A stretch of DNA of 64,000 nt from Eledone cirrhosa (lineage: Eukaryota). The notes beneath the pieces were generated by a model. That model did not search any database and was not told where the DNA came from. It saw only the letters and a list, made by a program, of their open reading frames with translations. The DNA is taken from contig OZ024742.1 of assembly GCA_964016885.1 (NCBI GenBank), forward strand, positions 333,498,001-333,562,000. The letters are read 5' to 3'. Shown here in pieces: positions 57,638-64,000 of this stretch. Position 1 is the first letter of the stretch. Each line of letters begins with the position of its first letter. A program made the position numbers and the translations under genes.

Positions 57638-58010
57638 CAAGTCTATATGTTAACGGGTGTAAGTTTAGATAGATCGATGCTCTCACTGAGAATTCAGATC
57701 GATTATCAATAATTGTTGAAATGTATTCCTGATTAGTGATGGATACATATGATTTTTATCAGGTATATATATTTAAATTTTTTGTTAAATTTTAATATGA
57801 TACTGTAATGATCTATGCATTCTTGCATTCTATACAGATTGTCTCTTGTTAAATTTTGAAATGTGTCATTATACATTTATATCATTCGATATTCATGTAT
57901 ATATATATGTCATTCAATAATTTTAATGATTAAATGCTCGGATTTATTCTTTGATTTTCTTTTGGAGTTTATTTTGGGAGAGAAGACATATGTTCGAGAT
58001 TATCTCAAAT

Positions 58011-58030
58011 ATATATATATATGTGTGTGT

Positions 58031-58118
<88 letters not shown>

Positions 58119-58128
58119 TGTGTGTATA
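58011..58128. repeat. (TA)n(GT)n microsatellite
   Basis: Directly visible; similar tracts occur at 49707-49810, 51111-51160, 52255-52300, 57575-57636 and 60488-60563. Confidence 0.9.
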
Positions 58129-59814
58129 CATCAAAATATAGGATTATAAATGGCATACGGATAGGCCAAGACCGAGAAATCGTGTTCAAATGTTAACCAC
58201 CGTATGAGCGAGAGATATGGTCGTTAAATATATAAGACACGGGTGTAAGATTCCCCCAATTTTAGAGTCAATCACGATTTTCTACAAAAATCTCAAATAT
58301 AGAGGAGAAAAAATATGCAAACCCTCTTTCAAAATGATCTACTCAATACAGTCTTCGCCCTAATCTTTTCCACGCATACCTTTCTGTCCATTATTTTATG
58401 ACACCTATGCTTTTAGTCTTACCAGTTTTCGCTGGCCAAAAGTGAGCTAAGTGCATTGCTCTAGTGGTCGGCTCATTAGATTTGTTCATCGCCACTTGTT
58501 CGGGCTTTCAAATCTCTGCGCAATAATAACGTAATTTATTTCGTAAATGAGATTTAGTTTCATATGTATCTATATTAAAAGTGTATATTAACACATATAC
58601 AATACGTCTTCATAAAATAATCAATCTTGATGTATTTATTAAATCTGTGAATATGTCACCAATGTAAGTGTAATTAATGCATTTCACTGACAGTGAGTTA
58701 TTGTCTTGTATTCCTAATCACCAAAGCGAAGGTAAGAGCATGGTAATGATATGTAAAGATAGAAGAATATATCAGCCTCTCTTTAGTGGCTGGTTTTGTA
58801 CCTCTGACATGTTCACATCTTAAATATTGTACGTAGTTTTATAAATGCCTTTATTTGGAAAGATATTGCGTTACTGTTATCGCCAATTAACGATAAATTT
58901 ACCTATTTCTATACAAATAATCTCACTAAAGTTCTATTATCAAATAACTAATTTTTATTTGTTTTGTGATGTGTTACCATGGGTTCCTGTTTAATCAACC
59001 TAGTTTTACTTAATAACGAGTTGAGACCCCATGAACATATATATATATATATGATTGTTGCATGTATATCGTATGCATATATATATGGCACGTCGTTTAC
59101 ATTCATACTTATACTGAATATATATAAACCATTATTTATACTTTGCAAGTGGTGTTGAGCTTTATCAAGTCTTTGATAATTATTTAAATTGGAACTTCAT
59201 TGTATTTAAGCCGGTACAATCTGTCGTGCTGGTGTTGCAAATCTTCTTATATTCCCCTCCCATTTTTTACAGATAATCTTACAGTAATAGAGTTCTTTTG
59301 GCACACATAACTATAAGATTCGTAATAACTTATGTAAGACTGCGCATTTAAAGGTGACATAAGCAGCATGCACACCTGCATCCATTGTATTAAAATACAT
59401 CACATAATGTATTTTAAATTTCATGAGTCCTTAATCGTTCCCTTTGATGTTACACTATTTATATGGGAATATTTGGTTACATGGTATTAAATGATAGTTC
59501 GCTATAAGTATAAGGCTGTTTATATTTATATGGGAATAGAGTAACTGGGCAGATTATAGTTGTATTTGGTGTTGAAGTAGGTGTATCTTGTGATGCAGAA
59601 CATAAATCATGGCTGTGCATTTCAGCGTAATTTAGCTTCATGAAGTATATTTGAGAAGGTTCACTGGGGTTATGAAAGCTTATGTTAAGAATGGTACATT
59701 GTACGACCTACTAATTTCTGCTGGCAATCCGTGGGTAGGTTGTGGATCAAGGAACATGGCAATATTGTTAGAGGGTTGGGCACCATGCTTCCCAGCATAG
59801 AGCTACGCCCCTTT

Positions 59815-59935
59815 GCGGTCTGAGTTCAAATCCCGCCGAGGTTAACTTTGCCTTTCATCCTTAAGGGTTTGATAAAATGAAGTACCAGTAATGCACTGGT
59901 ATAATTGCTAGCCTTGTACCAAAAGTAGAAACAAT
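59815..59935 (+). mobile_element. tRNA-derived SINE fragment
   Basis: Pol III B box GAGTTCAAATCC (59822-59833) is followed by CTTTGCCTTTCATCC...GATAAAATGAAGTACCAGT, a core I recall from abundant octopus/mollusc SINEs. No A box was found. Confidence 0.7.
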
Positions 59936-60371
59936 TATTTAGTAGCGAGGGTGGCTGCGCATCAATTGCTCATTTAGGATGATGTCTGGTTTTGAATTAT
60001 GAGTAATACAATTTATGACACATTAATACACTTCCACACACGCACACTCATTTTGTCTAGTCTCCGAGATTGGTTATAGAGAAATAGTGAGATTTTCACA
60101 AACTGCAAATCTGGCACGGTTAAACTGTTTATGTCAAACCAGGGGTGATTAGATTTGGTGTAACACCTAAGTAGGGAACAGTGAGTTCGTCGAATATTGT
60201 AACACGTCCCATCCGATGCACTAAACTTTCTGTCTATTAATATGTGTTTCTATTGACAGCACACACACACACACGCACACGCACACGCGCATATATATAT
60301 ATATTTATATAGAATTAGGATGTAGCTATAGGCATAGCTGTATACAGGTGTGTATAGAAATTTCGTATTTC

Positions 60372-60473
60372 TAGAGAAATACGGTGTGCTTATAGGTAAA
60401 CATTTAGAAAGCCGTAGTTCTGCATAGCTACGGCTTTCTAAATGTTTTCCTCTAAACATACCGTATTTTTCTA
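60372..60473. repeat. Imperfect ~100 bp palindrome (member of a dispersed repeat)
   Basis: AAACATTTAGAAAGCCGTAG / CTACGGCTTTCTAAATGTTT arms; a related half copy lies at ~52294-52368. Confidence 0.8.
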
Positions 60474-60487
60474 AACACATGACATTC

Positions 60488-60564
<77 letters not shown>

Positions 60565-60843
60565 GTTAAAACTAATCAGATCAGAGCAAACAGCACGGAC
60601 ACTCTATCTCAAAATTATTTTTGAAAAGCATTTAGAAATGCGCAACCGGTAAAAACTTAAAAACTTAAAACCACAACTGAATACTAACCCATACAATCAC
60701 TAATACTCTTTTATTCCTAATTAAACCATTTTTCAACTGTGAACAATTTGTCAGCATTTTCTACTCCGTTTACCAATATATAATAACTTGTGTGTTACAC
60801 CTCTATTCTTTTAACTATCATATCCTCACACGAGATACAGAAA

Positions 60844-61680
60844 ATGCCAACAAAAACGGATACAACCCTCATCAACTCAAATGAAGAGATCCTACAGGAA
60901 CTCAAGAAAATCAACACCAACCTATCTTTGATGGTCGACAAACTTGACTCCACAAATAAGGAAACCGCCACCAGATACAAACCCTCCGAAATCGGCGACA
61001 AACTCCAAAACCTTTGCGATACTATCCAAACTATGTTCACTACTACCAACCCAGGAAAAACCAACGAAAAACCATGTGAGATTGATTCACACAAAATGAA
61101 AATTCGAACAATTCCAAAATGGAACAAATCCCTCAGAGACAGAATGTTCTCATTCTGGAAGATGATACAAAATCACAACAAAGCAGAGATATATGAAAAA
61201 TGGCTTAACTCAACCCATCTAACTCTCCCCCGTAAACTACAAATAAAGTCCATTCCAAATGAACCCGAACCTCAAAGACACCTTAGGGAAAGAATGGCAT
61301 TGGAAAAAATGAAGACAGAAATTGAACTTCTTAAACTGAGGGCCCAGACAAATGAGGAAAAAATCAAAACCATCGATGAAGAGATCCTCCTGGAAATCAA
61401 CAACAAAACTGAAGGCCCCAAGGTAGAGAAGATCTCCAAATTATGGAAAGGGGACTGCAACAGAGAAGCACTGAAATCCCTTCAACGCTGGGAAAAAAGT
61501 GCCGCTTGGTTCCTACACTATGAATCGACATTTCAAACGGATTACACCTCCAATAACCCGTTCATAAAAATAGGAAAACCCATAACTGAACCGCACAACA
61601 ACTTCTCAACCCCCAAGCCTCAAACAAACGAAGAAGGAAGCATCACACCGAAGATGAACTTCCCAACCTCGCTACCATAA
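60844..61680 (+). CDS. PLE upstream ORF / N-terminal region, predicted helical or coiled-coil; probably continues after a frameshift to ~62120
   Basis: Open frame rich in K/E/L (ERMALEKMKTEIELLKLRAQTNEEKIKTIDEEI); another frame is open over 61623-62120. Confidence 0.55.
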   Translation: MPTKTDTTLINSNEEILQELKKINTNLSLMVDKLDSTNKETATRYKPSEIGDKLQNLCDTIQTMFTTTNPGKTNEKPCEIDSHKMKIRTIPKWNKSLRDRMFSFWKMIQNHNKAEIYEKWLNSTHLTLPRKLQIKSIPNEPEPQRHLRERMALEKMKTEIELLKLRAQTNEEKIKTIDEEILLEINNKTEGPKVEKISKLWKGDCNREALKSLQRWEKSAAWFLHYESTFQTDYTSNNPFIKIGKPITEPHNNFSTPKPQTNEEGSITPKMNFPTSLP

Positions 61681-61947
61681 GAAGGAACAAAAACCCAAGA
61701 AATCATCTCCCCCAGAATGACATTTACAACTTTCCCCCTTCAAGGAGACACCATACCAAATCACTCAACTACTACGCGGATTCCTCATCGTCAAACATAG
61801 GGAAAAGAAACCACCGCCATGATAGATGCAACAACTTCCCCGCTTCAAGGGGACAGCAAGGTAATTACCATTTTCTCAACTCTCACTTCCACAATACACA
61901 ACAAACCCACACCACACGATACAACCAACAACGTAGGCCACTTATAA

Positions 61948-64000
61948 CACCACAATACAACATGGCACATAGAAACACACACCCATACTCGCAGTACAGG
62001 AACACCCCATTCAATCTACAACCACCAACCCGAACCACATTTTACAACAACAAGGAATATAACAAACACAGGAGACCACTTAACATCAGCAGACAACCCC
62101 TCTACCCAACCATTTTTTAGACACAGCACACAGATACAGGCAAACAAAATAACACAAGACAGGGAGGAGAAACCGATAGTAATAAAAATTATCAATCTTA
62201 CTAGTGCAGAACCAACACCCAACCTTATCAACTTACTCCCCAAAGGTCTTAAATTCACACCGACCCCACTACGTCCTAACTACTATGAAATGAAGGAAGA
62301 CATCACAGACTTCTGTAGAAAGTTACGACTTAGTGAACAACTATTCGACCAGTACAATGAGGATGAATCATTAGCCAGAAATAGAAGCAATTACACCCCT
62401 TCAAAAGGTAGAAATAAAATCCTGGACGAATTCTGTGAACACATCACAAACTTCCCTTACCAACACTTGCACAGACAAAAACACAAGCCAGACCTCAACA
62501 AGAAAGAATGGGAAGAATTAAATAGATTAAAAACCGACAGAACCATTACATTTAAAGAGGCTGATAAAGGGAGTACAGTAGTCCTAATGGAGGCAGAAGT
62601 CTATATCAACTTAGCGCTCTCCACTTTGGAAAACGAAACATACTACGAAAAGGCTGAACACTACAATCAACAGAAAATTATGAGAAACCTAAAAACTCTA
62701 ATCAACCAATACAAAGAAGGACTCACTAACAAGGAATTCAGCTTCATCACAGACTTCACAAGTAAATCCAGCCTTTTCTACGGTATCCCTGAAGTACATA
62801 AAATCGAATCAATCAGTAAGGCATGCAAGGAAGCCACAGACATAGTCATCAATGTCCCCTCACCCAATGATCTCAAATTAAGACCTATAATAGCAGGCCC
62901 CGCTTGCGAAACGCACCGTCTTAGCAACTTCATTGATACCCTTCTCAAACCCTTCCTCAAGCACATCAAAAGCTATATAAGGGACGACCTAGATATGCTC
63001 AATCACCTCCCTAATATGCCAATTTCTGAACAAACCCTACTAGTGACGTTCGATGTAGTCAACCTATACTCCAACATCCCCCACAACCTAGGAATAGAAG
63101 CTATCCAATTCTGGCTGGATAATTTCCACAATGAACTCCCACAACGCATCAAAAAAGAATTCGTGATAGAGGGACTCAAATTTATCTTGGAGAACAATTA
63201 CTTCGTTTTCAATAACAAACCCTACAGGCAGAAATCTGGGACCGCTATGGGAACGAAAAAAGCCCCTACTTATGCTAACCTAGTCATGGGATACCTGGAA
63301 ATCACCCTCTACACTAAAGTCCTAAACAAATTTGGAAACACCCCCCACTTACACATTGAAAGGAACTGGAAGCGATATCTAGATGACTGCTTCATCCTTT
63401 GGCACGAAAACATCGAAAAACTTAAAGAATTTCACACCCTTATAAATGGGCTCAACACAAATATTAACTTCACGATGGAATACAGCCATAAAACAACTCC
63501 CCTTCCTCGACATCCTCATTAAGATCCATAACAAAAAATAGAAACAGACATATACTACAAGCCCACAGACTCCAAGCAATATCTCCCCTTCAACTCTTGC
63601 CACCCTAGACACGTTAAAATTAATATTCCCTACAACTTAGCCAAGAGAATATGTACTATAGTCTCCAATAAAAACATCTGCTACTTACGGCTACAAGAAC
63701 TAAAGGACACACTCATAGGCAGGGACTACCCTGCATCTCTAATTGACAATGGAATCCAACGTGCCCTAAAAGTCAGTACCCAGGACCTTAGACACCCTAA
63801 AGTAAATCAACCAAAACTAAAAGCTCTTCCATACATCTCCACACACAACCCCCTCAACAATGAGGCCTTTGACACCATCCTCCAGAACATCCCTGTATTG
63901 AAAAAGGACCATAGAATGAACCAAATTCTACGAACACACGATATCATAAAGAGCAAAAGACAATCCAAGTCAATGAAAAACATCTTAACACATGCCAAAG
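61948..64000 (+). pseudogene. Penelope-like reverse transcriptase (Neptune-like motifs), frameshifts near 63495 and 63540
   Basis: IINLTS, KGLKFTPTP, EADKGSTVVLM, FYGIPEVHK, LRPII, TFDVVNLYSNIP, GTAMG..APTYANL, RYLDD, LPFLD and YKPTDSKQYLPFNSCHP..NIPY. Confidence 0.9.

Larger units (their letters stand above)
60565..64000 (+). mobile_element. Penelope-like retroelement (PLE), degenerate, truncated by the window end
   Basis: An upstream helical ORF is followed by a PLE-type RT; begins right after a (TA)n tract. The left boundary is approximate. Confidence 0.85.

Noticed and set aside
49374-60560. Host protein-coding exons among the short ORFs
   Set aside because: The ORFs are low-complexity or microsatellite-derived with no recognisable domain; small exons cannot be excluded without RNA data.

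Overview
Eukaryotic (animal) genomic DNA, AT-rich and microsatellite-dense; the SINE fragment and repeat landscape suggest an octopus/cephalopod, but that is inference. No host gene is recognisable. Positions ~860-49370 are a single (ATT)n/(AAT)n microsatellite inflated to ~48.5 kb by 13 insertion units. Two unrelated clades of non-LTR retrotransposon make up the array. Tx1-like L1-clade elements (ORF1 with a CCHC knuckle; ORF2 with APE endonuclease, RT and Zn finger) always lie on the + strand. R4/Dong-like elements (single ORF with RT, CCHC and PD-(D/E)xK restriction-like endonuclease; two families, A and B) always lie on the - strand. Each unit is bounded by (ATT)n. The two Dong families have very different ORFs yet share a nearly identical 5' leader. 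One Tx1 copy carries a swapped 5'UTR/ORF1 on a near-identical ORF2. Older remnants of both clades, in the same orientations, lie at 60-750. The rest of the window (49.4-64 kb) is repeat-rich non-coding DNA. It holds a ~2.1 kb foldback palindrome with a nested hAT-Charlie MITE (8-bp TSD, empty site in the sister arm), other MITE-like elements, a SINE fragment and a degraded Penelope-like retroelement running off the end.
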